DNA of 30,184 nucleotides, from positions 1-30,184 of IMG/VR virus record IMGVR_UViG_3300042328_000098; one strand, written 5' to 3'. The DNA comes from a virus. Lineage: Duplodnaviria > Caudoviricetes. The notes below the pieces were generated by a model that was given only the letters and a program-made list of their open reading frames with translations, made no database searches and had not been told where the DNA came from. This document shows positions 11,043-19,596 of this stretch, in pieces; the first letter of the stretch is position 1, and each line of letters begins with the position of its first letter. A program made the position numbers and the translations under genes.

Positions 11043-14000
11043 CTAATATTGTCGCTCTAATATCGTTTGTCCGCCAACAACAATTGATGGGTTGGGACCT
11101 TTTGCTGTGGTGTTAAACTGCACACTAGACTGAATCGTTGCATTCATACTAAACCCTAGCGCCGGAATTGAGTTTGCTGTATCCACTATCTGTTGATTTA
11201 GCGATTTTTGTTGTGCTAGTAAATTTTGTTTTCTTGCCAACAATGTAGCATATTCTTGTGATTTAGCTGCTAGTTCTTTTTCACTCAAATCAGCATTGGC
11301 TGGGTCGTCAGCAATCAACTGATCTTCGACTCTAGTCAGTCCGCTATCGGTAGATCTATACGAGTTATAAACACTATCGCGTTGCATTACTAGATCTTTA
11401 ACTTGTTGTGCTATTACTTTTGCTTTGCCTAAGAACTGTGCATTATTCTCTGCTTCCGTTGGAACTGGTAGAGGTGTTATCGCTGGTGGGGCATTTTGGT
11501 TATTAATATCAGTCGCAACTCCAGCGGCCCTAACAGCCGCTAAATCTTGTTGTTGTGTAGATGGAGCAGGCTCTGCGTTATTTGCTATAGGTGCCGCTTG
11601 TTCTTGCCCGGGAATTTGATCTCCGGCCGTGTCGGTTGCCGTAGCAGTATCTGTCGTGGGTGGGTTAGGTGCTTGCTGTACTGGTGTTGCGGCTACTGCG
11701 GCAGAACCCGGACGCTCTGCTGATTGATTGTTATTTCTACTTACATAATCAAATGCTACCTGTCTCGGTATTCTAGTCATCGTAAGTTCTTGAGTAAATT
11801 GTCCTTTGGCAAATGTACTAGTTACACTAAGCACTTGGTACAATCCGCTAAACACACTATTTCGCTCACCTGCATCATATTTCATAAAGCCTGTGCTGTC
11901 GTCTATGTCTCTAGGGACCTTAAACAAAACTTGTACGTATAAACTACCGTCATCCATCACAAGACTGCCGCCGTCAGGCAACAGACGCTTGTCAATTTCT
12001 GAACTAACTCTTAAAGAATTTGAAGTATCTGCACCGTAAAAGATATCGTCTTGTTTGATGTAATCGGGATCACCGATGATGGTCATTTTTACCCTAAGCA
12101 TATCTGCTTCACTACTACTCATAATACTATCTGCTAGATCAGCTGCACCGACTTCTTTAGCAGTACTTGGATTACCTGTAGCCACTGCTTTAGAGTTTTG
12201 CACAACAGGTTTCATTACTAGAGGCATTACCGCGTCATAGTTAATACCTTTAGGCGCATCGCCTCCCGAATAGTTAGGAGCATTTTGAAATTCATAATTT
12301 GTAGTGATACTATCGCCTGTAGGATTTTGGCTGGCCATGCTACTTCTATAAGCAGTTTGTTGAGTATAATATAATGTATTAAACACAATATCTAAATGAA
12401 TGATATCGCTATTCTTTCCTGTAAAGAAATAGTTGTATGCCTTAACTGGTGTAACTACTGTTCCTTGCGGCGCAATATCGCTACGTAAGTTATACATCTT
12501 ATAAGGCTTAACAGTGTAGGTTACTTCTTTAGCTTGTATTTTTCTTATTTTATCAAAGCCCAACGGTCTAACCTTAGGAATAATTCTAAACCATTTAAGT
12601 GGCTTATCTTTCATTGCATCTTTGCGGGCTTTATATTCTTCATTGGATATACCGTCAGGTAATACCAATTGGTCGTGAATATAAGAACTATTGCGTATTA
12701 CATATTCTAATAATTTGTCAATTGTTGTACCATAATTAATACTAAAAATACCCCTACTAGTATCATATGTGTTTTGACTACTACCAATGTCAGCCATTCT
12801 CATACTAACAGCATCTTTGATGTTTTCGTTTTTCTTCATTGGGGTTTCTTTAGGAGTATTACGTTTATCTTCTATAAACGTTGCTGTTCCTAAGATGTCT
12901 TGCCCTGTGTCGGGGTCGGGCAAGAATTCAAAACGATATACATCTGCTATGGCTATTTTGCCTGCGTCTTTTAACCCTTTGTAGTAGGCATTAATAGCGG
13001 TGCCAAACGAGTCAGCATTAAGTGTTGCAGGTGTGCCTGTAGATGGGGAGGTTGATTCCCGCTGATTAGTGTCAAACTGCTGTATAGCTTGATTAAGGCC
13101 GCCAACAGAGGTACCTTCACTGCTCTGAAAGAAATCAACTATAGTTCGTGATGTTACTTCCATGTTAGCTGGCACTGTTACTGTAGTGCTTTCAAATGCA
13201 GCATGGCCATACGGTGATGCTCTAAAGTCATATACGGCGCCACGTTCTGTAATCCTAATGCCTAATTTATTGAGTTTAATTGGGAAACGTTTTTGTAATT
13301 CCGGAACCGCCCCAGTAATTTCCCCGGCATCGTCAATGGCAAAAAAATCAATCTGTACTAGATAGGGCATGTCAAGATAATTACTACCACCCAAATCTTC
13401 AGTAGTTTTGATAATTCTCTCAACCATTGTAAAGCCATACGGCTCTATAATTTCAAAATTGCAGCTAATGGCATTTGTATTGCCCGATTCGTCATTGGGA
13501 CTTATGATAGTCTTCATACTGAAGTTTTCAAAATAGAAATCCTCAATCCAATTTTTATTACGTTGGAAATTAGCACTATGGCGCCCTGCACTGGCTATAA
13601 TGACATTTTTAGCCGAGTATTCCTGCGTTACAACTAAATTATCGTATTCTTCATTGGTCATCATGTGTAGACTTAAAGAATAGATATAACTGGCATATCG
13701 ATGTAGTCTATTAGGTATTGGTGGCGCATTTTGCACTATAAAAATATCGGTGCCGGGAGTTGCTCTATCAACGTTATCTGATTCAGACGGTATCGGTCCA
13801 GTCCAAGGCACGCCCGATAAGCTAGGCTGTGCAATCGGATTCGCGCCAGGTGCTGGTCTGCCGGGCTTCGCTCCTTTTAGTTGGAAATGAGGCAAATCTT
13901 TAAAGTTCTTCCAATTGCCTCCCCACTCTAAACCCAATCCTTCACCAATTTTACCAATTTGTTGCCAGGTGGCTTGTGAAGCATGATATCCACCATTTAC

Positions 14001-14231
14001 AGGAATAACATCAAATGCCTGCCCTGTTTCGTGTATACTCTGGCCACCTTTAAGGTTTGTAACAATTTGTCCAGGTGCAGTTCGGCCTTGAGCATATAAT
14101 TTATCTTGTTCTGCTGTTGTTCTTAGTGTGCTGGTAAGTTTGATTGGCACCCCTGCAGCAGCACAAGCGTCAATGAGCTGTTGAGCTAGTGTTCGTGTAG
14201 CTGGGGTTAGTGACGTTATTCGATTATCCAT
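11043..14231 (-). CDS. Baseplate hub-like structural protein with an N-terminal M15 (L-Ala-D-Glu peptidase type) domain (1062 aa)
   Basis: Residues about 1-120 carry M15 Zn-peptidase motifs (TSTLRT..EQDKLYAQGRT.PG, SIHETGQAFD, GLEWGGNW, DLPHFQ). The later MTIIGDPDYI...FSGLYQVLSVTSTFAKGQFTQEL segment is hub-like. Lies between gp53-like and gp5-like genes. Confidence 0.75.
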   Translation of the reverse strand: MDNRITSLTPATRTLAQQLIDACAAAGVPIKLTSTLRTTAEQDKLYAQGRTAPGQIVTNLKGGQSIHETGQAFDVIPVNGGYHASQATWQQIGKIGEGLGLEWGGNWKNFKDLPHFQLKGAKPGRPAPGANPIAQPSLSGVPWTGPIPSESDNVDRATPGTDIFIVQNAPPIPNRLHRYASYIYSLSLHMMTNEEYDNLVVTQEYSAKNVIIASAGRHSANFQRNKNWIEDFYFENFSMKTIISPNDESGNTNAISCNFEIIEPYGFTMVERIIKTTEDLGGSNYLDMPYLVQIDFFAIDDAGEITGAVPELQKRFPIKLNKLGIRITERGAVYDFRASPYGHAAFESTTVTVPANMEVTSRTIVDFFQSSEGTSVGGLNQAIQQFDTNQRESTSPSTGTPATLNADSFGTAINAYYKGLKDAGKIAIADVYRFEFLPDPDTGQDILGTATFIEDKRNTPKETPMKKNENIKDAVSMRMADIGSSQNTYDTSRGIFSINYGTTIDKLLEYVIRNSSYIHDQLVLPDGISNEEYKARKDAMKDKPLKWFRIIPKVRPLGFDKIRKIQAKEVTYTVKPYKMYNLRSDIAPQGTVVTPVKAYNYFFTGKNSDIIHLDIVFNTLYYTQQTAYRSSMASQNPTGDSITTNYEFQNAPNYSGGDAPKGINYDAVMPLVMKPVVQNSKAVATGNPSTAKEVGAADLADSIMSSSEADMLRVKMTIIGDPDYIKQDDIFYGADTSNSLRVSSEIDKRLLPDGGSLVMDDGSLYVQVLFKVPRDIDDSTGFMKYDAGERNSVFSGLYQVLSVTSTFAKGQFTQELTMTRIPRQVAFDYVSRNNNQSAERPGSAAVAATPVQQAPNPPTTDTATATDTAGDQIPGQEQAAPIANNAEPAPSTQQQDLAAVRAAGVATDINNQNAPPAITPLPVPTEAENNAQFLGKAKVIAQQVKDLVMQRDSVYNSYRSTDSGLTRVEDQLIADDPANADLSEKELAAKSQEYATLLARKQNLLAQQKSLNQQIVDTANSIPALGFSMNATIQSSVQFNTTAKGPNPSIVVGGQTILERQY

Positions 14232-14243
14232 TGATACTTCTCA

Positions 14244-14546
14244 TTAAAGCCCTAAACTTGCTACTAGATTTTGTTTTTGTGGGATATAGATAGTTACCCC
14301 GGGCTCAAAATCATATATAGGGTCTTGAATAACATTGGGGTTTCGTATAGCAAATACCCACCATAGTTTAGGGTCGCCGTATAAGTCGTAGGCTAATAGG
14401 TCGGGACGTTGTTTATAGATAACATCAATTTGATATTGTACATCTTTTGGATCAATGGGTATGCTAGGAATTGTAGCCACATCCATAAAAAACCCATAAA
14501 AATCTGTTTTTGAATAGGGACTGGCTTTGCCGTAGTTTGTTGCCAT
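14244..14546 (-). CDS. gp53: Baseplate wedge subunit, gp53-like (LysM-related, 100 aa)
   Basis: RPDLLAYDLYGDPKLWWVFAIRNPNVIQDPIYDF...IYIP motif. Confidence 0.8.
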   Translation of the reverse strand: MATNYGKASPYSKTDFYGFFMDVATIPSIPIDPKDVQYQIDVIYKQRPDLLAYDLYGDPKLWWVFAIRNPNVIQDPIYDFEPGVTIYIPQKQNLVASLGL

Positions 14547-15601
14547 TAGATAAATCCTCCTGCACCAGTATCGCTGTTAGCTAGTAAAAACCCCTGTGCA
14601 AATTTATTAAGATCAAAGTTGTCAGCAAGATTTTTACGACTGTACATCGGTTGTAATGTTATAGACACCGAACTTCTTGTTGGCAATCGTGATGTTGTAG
14701 TAATTGTATTATATTCTGTTTTTGTAGTATTGGCTTTGGCATTGTTGGCTGCTAATTTAGCATCACCTGCTGCAGACCCGGTAGATCCCCAATTTGGCGC
14801 ATAAATTTCTCCGTTGGGTCCAGTAATACTATTAGTTGCCAAGTCTGGCGTAGTATTATTTGTCACACTTGGTGGTGAAATCTGCGACTCTTGCAGAGTG
14901 GTTCTACTAATAGGCACTTGAATATAGTCAACATCATCCGGCAATGTATGTTGGAATGATGTAACCGCACAAGGTATGTGTGGGAAATAGTGACTACCAT
15001 ATCCATCTAAGAACACAATCGGCGGCGGATTACCTACGTTATCACCTTGTCCAAAGAACATTTTAGTAGCACTGCGGAAAAAGTAGATCGCAGCCATTAA
15101 GTACTGGCCGTCGCTGGGGTTTTGTACTGTAAAGTCTCCACTGATTGTAATAGCTGCCACTTCTGAGTTGTTGTAGAAATACGCAGGATAATTACTATGT
15201 GTAAGGCTTGCTGAAGAATAGTTTGCGTTATGTGTAACTGTGATCGCAGGAGTATACGGAAATATAACTCCGTTAGTTTCAACCAATGGATACATTAGTG
15301 CATTAGGTAACATCGTAGGATCTTGGTACCAAATTTTAGCCTTAGGAGATAGACTTATTCTTACTCGCCAATCATCTTCATTAGCCGCAGTAGCACCCCC
15401 ATTACCATTTGCACTTTGGAAACCTATGTTTGGTGCATTTTTAGCTTCACTACTCATACCACCCGGCAACAAGCCAGAGATAGCATTACGTGCGTTACTC
15501 GGGTTTAATAAAGAAAATACATCTTTGCCGCCGCCGGTTAATGCACGGGTAGGTAAGCTACCAGCTGATTGGTTAAATAAACCACCTAAATTTAATGCCA
15601 T
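14546..15601 (-). CDS. Baseplate tail-tube initiator/cap, gp48/gp54-like (351 aa)
   Basis: GVIFPYTPAITVTHNANY...ITISGDFT...GNPPPIVFLDGYG, a tube-fold protein pattern; first gene of the baseplate operon; SD GAGG upstream. Confidence 0.6.
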   Translation of the reverse strand: MALNLGGLFNQSAGSLPTRALTGGGKDVFSLLNPSNARNAISGLLPGGMSSEAKNAPNIGFQSANGNGGATAANEDDWRVRISLSPKAKIWYQDPTMLPNALMYPLVETNGVIFPYTPAITVTHNANYSSASLTHSNYPAYFYNNSEVAAITISGDFTVQNPSDGQYLMAAIYFFRSATKMFFGQGDNVGNPPPIVFLDGYGSHYFPHIPCAVTSFQHTLPDDVDYIQVPISRTTLQESQISPPSVTNNTTPDLATNSITGPNGEIYAPNWGSTGSAAGDAKLAANNAKANTTKTEYNTITTTSRLPTRSSVSITLQPMYSRKNLADNFDLNKFAQGFLLANSDTGAGGFI

Positions 15602-15614
15602 ATAATAAAACCTC

Positions 15615-15644
15615 TTGCTTTACTGTATTTATTGACTGTATTAT
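15615..15644 (+). promoter_or_regulatory. Sigma70-like promoter TTGCTT-N18-TATTAT for the gp55 region
   Basis: Same architecture as TTGCTC-N18-TATACT before gp47; upstream of SD AAAGGA and ATG 15674. Confidence 0.4.
15626..15633 (-). promoter_or_regulatory. Late promoter (AATAAATA) for the baseplate operon
   Basis: TAAATA core 24 nt upstream of ATG 15601, followed by SD GAGG. Confidence 0.6.
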
Positions 15645-15673
15645 AGTAGTATATTAAAAGGATTCCTCTAGCC

Positions 15674-15805
15674 ATGAGAAAGGTAAATTACCTAAATAAA
15701 AGTATAAATAATATAAAAGGATTGTTATGCAGAACTTTTATGTTTATGCCTATCTTAGAAGTAAAGATTCTTCCACAGGTAAATCAGGCACACCGTATTA
15801 TATAG
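15674..15805 (+). pseudogene. Orphaned original 5' end of gp55 (MRKVNYLN), running on into the insertion as a 43-aa ORF
   Basis: ATG AGA AAG GTA AAT TAC CTA AAT encodes the same RKVNYLN found at the start of gp55 (16376-16396); has its own SD; stops at TAG 15803-15805. Confidence 0.7.
15703..15710 (+). promoter_or_regulatory. Perfect T4 late promoter TATAAATA driving the homing endonuclease
   Basis: Exact consensus 16 nt upstream of ATG 15727, with SD AAAGGA in between. Confidence 0.7.
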
Positions 15806-16380
15806 GCAAAGGCACCGGAAATAGAGCGTATGTTAAACATTATGCTCCTCTTCCTAAAGACAGATCGAATATCACATTTATTAAACAAAATTTAACAGAA
15901 CAACAGGCACACGAGTTAGAAATAGAATTAATTACAAAATACGGTAGAAAAGATTTAGGCGCCGGCATTTTACATAATAGAACCAATGGCGGAGAAGGTA
16001 TTAGTAATCCTTCTCTTGCAACTAGAGAAAAATTAGCGTATGCTAAAAGAAACGAGTCTCTAGAAACTAAATTAAAGAGATCTATAGCGGCAAAAAATAG
16101 AATAAGAACTCCGTTGAGTGCAGAGACTAAACAAAAAATTAGTTCAGCAAATAGCGGTAAGAAACGATCAGTAGAGACTAAGGAAAAAATGTCTAACATA
16201 GCAAAAGGTAGATCATTATCCGCTGAACACAAGGAACATATTAGCAAGACACTAATGGGAAAGCCCAAAGCGCCATTCAGCAATCAGCATAGAGAAAATA
16301 TTGGTAAGGTGCACCGAGGAAAACCTTGGTCTGCTGCCAGAAGAGCAGCATATGAAAATAAGGGGAATCAAAATTCGTAA
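15727..16380 (+). CDS. Free-standing GIY-YIG homing endonuclease with NUMOD3-type repeats (217 aa)
   Basis: FYVYAY...PYYIGKG.GNR, E..LI..YGRKD, LHNRTNGGEG catalytic motifs; basic repeats SAETKQKIS, SVETKEKMS, SAEHKEHIS, SNQHRENIG. Confidence 0.9.
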   Translation: MQNFYVYAYLRSKDSSTGKSGTPYYIGKGTGNRAYVKHYAPLPKDRSNITFIKQNLTEQQAHELEIELITKYGRKDLGAGILHNRTNGGEGISNPSLATREKLAYAKRNESLETKLKRSIAAKNRIRTPLSAETKQKISSANSGKKRSVETKEKMSNIAKGRSLSAEHKEHISKTLMGKPKAPFSNQHRENIGKVHRGKPWSAARRAAYENKGNQNS

Positions 16381-17254
16381 AGTCAACTATTTAAATAATA
16401 AAGATATTCTAAAGGAAATTCACAAAAGTAAGTCAACATTTTGTAGTTACGTAGACCCTAGCTATAAAGACTATGACATGATTATCTACGGTACTGACAA
16501 AATTACTAAGAAAATCATCGCAGAAGCTCGCAGTTCACGTATAGAACGACTGGCAAAAGAAGCACAAGAAGTAGATTTATTAAACGGCATTAAAAAGAAG
16601 TTGGATGAATATGCAAGTCCATTGAAGGATACCCCAAGCACAGACGTGGTATTCCGTGTTATGACCTGGGATCATATACCCATCGACGAACTTAAACAAA
16701 AGAAAGCCGACGCTAAAGCACAAGAAGAATACGAGGCCGACGAAGATAACTTTGAGACGGAATATGACGAGCCTGTTGTAGTTAAAGGTGCAACAAAATA
16801 TACCAAATGCAATTTTCCGCCGTTTCAACACTATAAAGTTGATGCAGATAATAAACCGTATCTAGTAGGCAAAAGTCATTGGAAGGGCGATTTAGAAAAA
16901 GGCAAGTTTAGCAAAGATCATGGCAATATGACCAACAAACTAGCACACATGTTTATTAAACTATGCGAACGTTATGCCACACGTAGCAACTGGCGTGGTT
17001 ATACCTATAACGATGAAATGCGCAGTCAAGCATTGTTACAATTAAGTCAAATTGGTCTACAGTTTGATGAAGCCAAATCACAAAATCCATTTGCCTACTA
17101 CACCGCGGCAATTACCAACAGCTTTACTCGTGTTCTAAATATTGAAAAGCGCAATCAAAACATTCGTGATGATATTTTAGAAATGAACAACTACACACCT
17201 AGTTACACACGCCAAGGAGATTGGGGTGGTGGTGGCTGGGGTGCTGACGAATAG
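16352..17254 (+). CDS. gp55: Late-transcription sigma factor, T4 gp55-like (start at ATG 16352 or ATT 16373)
   Basis: NYLNNKDILKEI at the N-terminus and NWRGYTYNDEM...FDEAKSQNPFAYYTAAITNSFTRVLNIEKR match gp55 motifs; conserved gp55-gp47-gp46 order. Confidence 0.85.
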   Translation: MKIRGIKIRKVNYLNNKDILKEIHKSKSTFCSYVDPSYKDYDMIIYGTDKITKKIIAEARSSRIERLAKEAQEVDLLNGIKKKLDEYASPLKDTPSTDVVFRVMTWDHIPIDELKQKKADAKAQEEYEADEDNFETEYDEPVVVKGATKYTKCNFPPFQHYKVDADNKPYLVGKSHWKGDLEKGKFSKDHGNMTNKLAHMFIKLCERYATRSNWRGYTYNDEMRSQALLQLSQIGLQFDEAKSQNPFAYYTAAITNSFTRVLNIEKRNQNIRDDILEMNNYTPSYTRQGDWGGGGWGADE

Positions 17255-17270
17255 TTTGGCAAAATTATCT

Positions 17271-17300
17271 TTGCTCATCTTCCGTTAATTAGCGTATACT
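17271..17300 (+). promoter_or_regulatory. Sigma70-like promoter TTGCTC-N18-TATACT, 6 nt before the gp47 ATG
   Basis: Good -10 hexamer; the start site would fall at or next to the ATG; no SD present. Confidence 0.5.
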
Positions 17301-17306
17301 ATATAA

Positions 17307-18323
17307 ATGGCAAACTTATTTAAAAAAGCAGCAGTTCTGACAGACATTCACTTTGGCTTAAAGTCCAACAGTCAGCTACACAACGACGACTGTTTAAACT
17401 TTGTTAAGTGGTTTATTGAAACAGCCAAGGCAGAAGGATGTGAAACTTGCTTTATGTTAGGTGACTGGCATAACAATCGAGCGGCTATCAACATTGTTAC
17501 CTTAAACTACAGCCTAACAGCCTTAGAGTTGTTGGGCAAAGCCTTTGACCGTGTTATCTTTATTCCTGGCAATCATGACCTGTACTATAGAGACAAGCGT
17601 GATATACAGTCAGCTGAATGGGCTAGACATATTCCTAACATCGAAATTGTAAATGATTTCTATCAAGAGGGCGATGTTAGTATTGTGCCCTGGTTGGTAG
17701 GTGACGATTGTAAAAAGATTCCTAAAATCAATGCCAAATATATGTTCGGACACTTTGAATTACCACACTTCTTTATGAACGCTATGGTACAGATGCCAGA
17801 GCACGGTGAACTACGTCGTGAACATTTTGGTCATGTTGATCACATGTTTAGTGGACACTTCCACAAACGACAAACTAATAAGAACATTACCTACATCGGC
17901 AATGCTTTCCCTCACAACTACGCTGATGCAGGCGATGATGAGCGTGGTATGATGATACTTACTTGGGGAGAGGATCCTGTATTTAAGGCCTGGCCCAACC
18001 AACCCAAGTATCGTGTATATGGCCTAAGCGATGTACTGCGCACACCAGAAACATTACTGCTACCGCAGATGCACTGTCGTGTTAATATTGATATTGATAT
18101 TACCTACGAAGAAGCCACGTTTATTAAAGAAACATTTGTCGGTACATATAATCTACGTGAGCTTACATTAATTCCTGTTAAGAACATGGACATCGGGCAA
18201 GACATACAATTAGGTAATGTGCAATTTGAAAGCATCGATACTATTGTCACTAATCAATTGACCAATATTAACAGCGATCATTATGATCCTAATCTATTAT
18301 TAGACATATATAGGCATCTATGA
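17307..18323 (+). CDS. gp47: Recombination endonuclease subunit, gp47 / Mre11-SbcD family (338 aa)
   Basis: Metallophosphoesterase motifs TDIHFG, LGDWHN, PGNHD, GHFEL, SGHFH. Confidence 0.93.
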   Translation: MANLFKKAAVLTDIHFGLKSNSQLHNDDCLNFVKWFIETAKAEGCETCFMLGDWHNNRAAINIVTLNYSLTALELLGKAFDRVIFIPGNHDLYYRDKRDIQSAEWARHIPNIEIVNDFYQEGDVSIVPWLVGDDCKKIPKINAKYMFGHFELPHFFMNAMVQMPEHGELRREHFGHVDHMFSGHFHKRQTNKNITYIGNAFPHNYADAGDDERGMMILTWGEDPVFKAWPNQPKYRVYGLSDVLRTPETLLLPQMHCRVNIDIDITYEEATFIKETFVGTYNLRELTLIPVKNMDIGQDIQLGNVQFESIDTIVTNQLTNINSDHYDPNLLLDIYRHL

Positions 18324-19027
18324 AAATATTTTCGTGCGGATGTAGTTTTACATATGGAGATGAATTAGCTAATCCAAGTGATAGTGCTTGGCCTGTGTTG
18401 ATTGCCCGGCAACTCAATGCAACATTAGATAATGTTTCTATGAGCGGTAATAGTAACTCTAGAATACATTATCAGACTATTAAAAATATGAAAAACGAGT
18501 ACGATCTGTACTTGATAGCTTGGTCAGAATACAGTCGATTTACATTTTACAAAAGTGAAAATAATCACAACGTCGGATTCAATATACAATTAACTCATGA
18601 TTTATATGGTAACAAATCTTTCTATAGAGATTGGGGTAAAATTCTCTATAAAGAGTGGTACAATGACCTATTTGCTTTTAAATTATGGTTACAACAAATT
18701 TTACAACTACAACAAATATTAGGTAATAGAAATTATGTTATGATTAATACCTTTCCTAATAATTTAGATCGATGGCTTACAACTAAAGATCACTTTATTG
18801 AAAAGGTTAAACCTCTTATTAATTTTAATTTAATGCCTGATAACGCTATTTTTGACGAATATAACGAAATACAGTATTATATGAGTTTAATAGATACATC
18901 TAAATTTTATAAATGGAATGAATTCTCTATTACTGAACTACGTGATCACTTTCCGTGTGGCACTGGTGGTCATATTTTGGAAGAGGGACACGCCCATTTA
19001 GCCAATCTGATCTATCAACATCTATGA
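18320..19027 (+). CDS. SGNH/GDSL hydrolase-like protein (235 aa)
   Basis: GCSFTYG (block I), SGNSN (block II), C-terminal GHILEEGH; ATGA overlap with the gp47 stop. Confidence 0.6.
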   Translation: MKIFSCGCSFTYGDELANPSDSAWPVLIARQLNATLDNVSMSGNSNSRIHYQTIKNMKNEYDLYLIAWSEYSRFTFYKSENNHNVGFNIQLTHDLYGNKSFYRDWGKILYKEWYNDLFAFKLWLQQILQLQQILGNRNYVMINTFPNNLDRWLTTKDHFIEKVKPLINFNLMPDNAIFDEYNEIQYYMSLIDTSKFYKWNEFSITELRDHFPCGTGGHILEEGHAHLANLIYQHL

Positions 19028-19596
19028 TTGGGTTATTTGGTGATAGTTTTGGAGTACAAAAGGATTGTGAACCGTTTGAAAGTTGGGTAACTTTATTATC
19101 TAAAGATTATGGTATTATCAATCATTGCGAATGTGGTGTCGGTGAGTATAAAATATTAGAACAGCTGCGTCAAACAGATTTATCAGTTTTTGACCATATA
19201 ATCATTACCCATACTAGTGCTACCCGGGTGCATGTTAAGCAAAATCCTGTACACATTAATAGTGTGTACCATAAAAATTGTGATATAATATATGCAGACA
19301 TAGCTGAAAGAGATGACGCATTTTCGCAAGCATGTCAGCAATATTTTAAATATATTTTTGATATTGAGTATGCAATCGATATACATAACATGATATGTGA
19401 AAAAATTGATCGTTTGTTAGATAAAAAAAATGTTACGCATATAACACATTTTGATTATACCAATCTATATAGTTTTCCCAACATGAAAAATTTTTATAAA
19501 CTATATTTAAATAACAAGGGCGAAGTAAATCACTACAATAAGTACGGCAATCAACAAATATATCAAACATTAAAAGATCATTTATGTTCAGAATAA
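19024..19596 (+). CDS. Second SGNH hydrolase-like protein (190 aa; start revised to ATG 19024)
   Basis: MIGLFGDSFG (block I), CGVGEYKI, C-terminal VNHYNKYGN; ATGA overlap with the preceding stop. Confidence 0.6.
   Translation: MIGLFGDSFGVQKDCEPFESWVTLLSKDYGIINHCECGVGEYKILEQLRQTDLSVFDHIIITHTSATRVHVKQNPVHINSVYHKNCDIIYADIAERDDAFSQACQQYFKYIFDIEYAIDIHNMICEKIDRLLDKKNVTHITHFDYTNLYSFPNMKNFYKLYLNNKGEVNHYNKYGNQQIYQTLKDHLCSE

Noticed and set aside
5951-15605. Short ORFs overlapping the baseplate genes, including the 190-aa 9491..10063
   Set aside because: Antisense or alternate-frame shadows of well-supported structural genes.
15614-15622. MotA-box-like CTTGCTTTA
   Set aside because: Spacing to the nearest -10-like hexamer fits a -35 element better, and no MotA gene is visible in the window.
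15700-16372. Group I intron interrupting gp55
   Set aside because: The insert is almost entirely endonuclease ORF, with no room for a ribozyme core, and the downstream part repeats the N-terminal codons, which splicing would not require.
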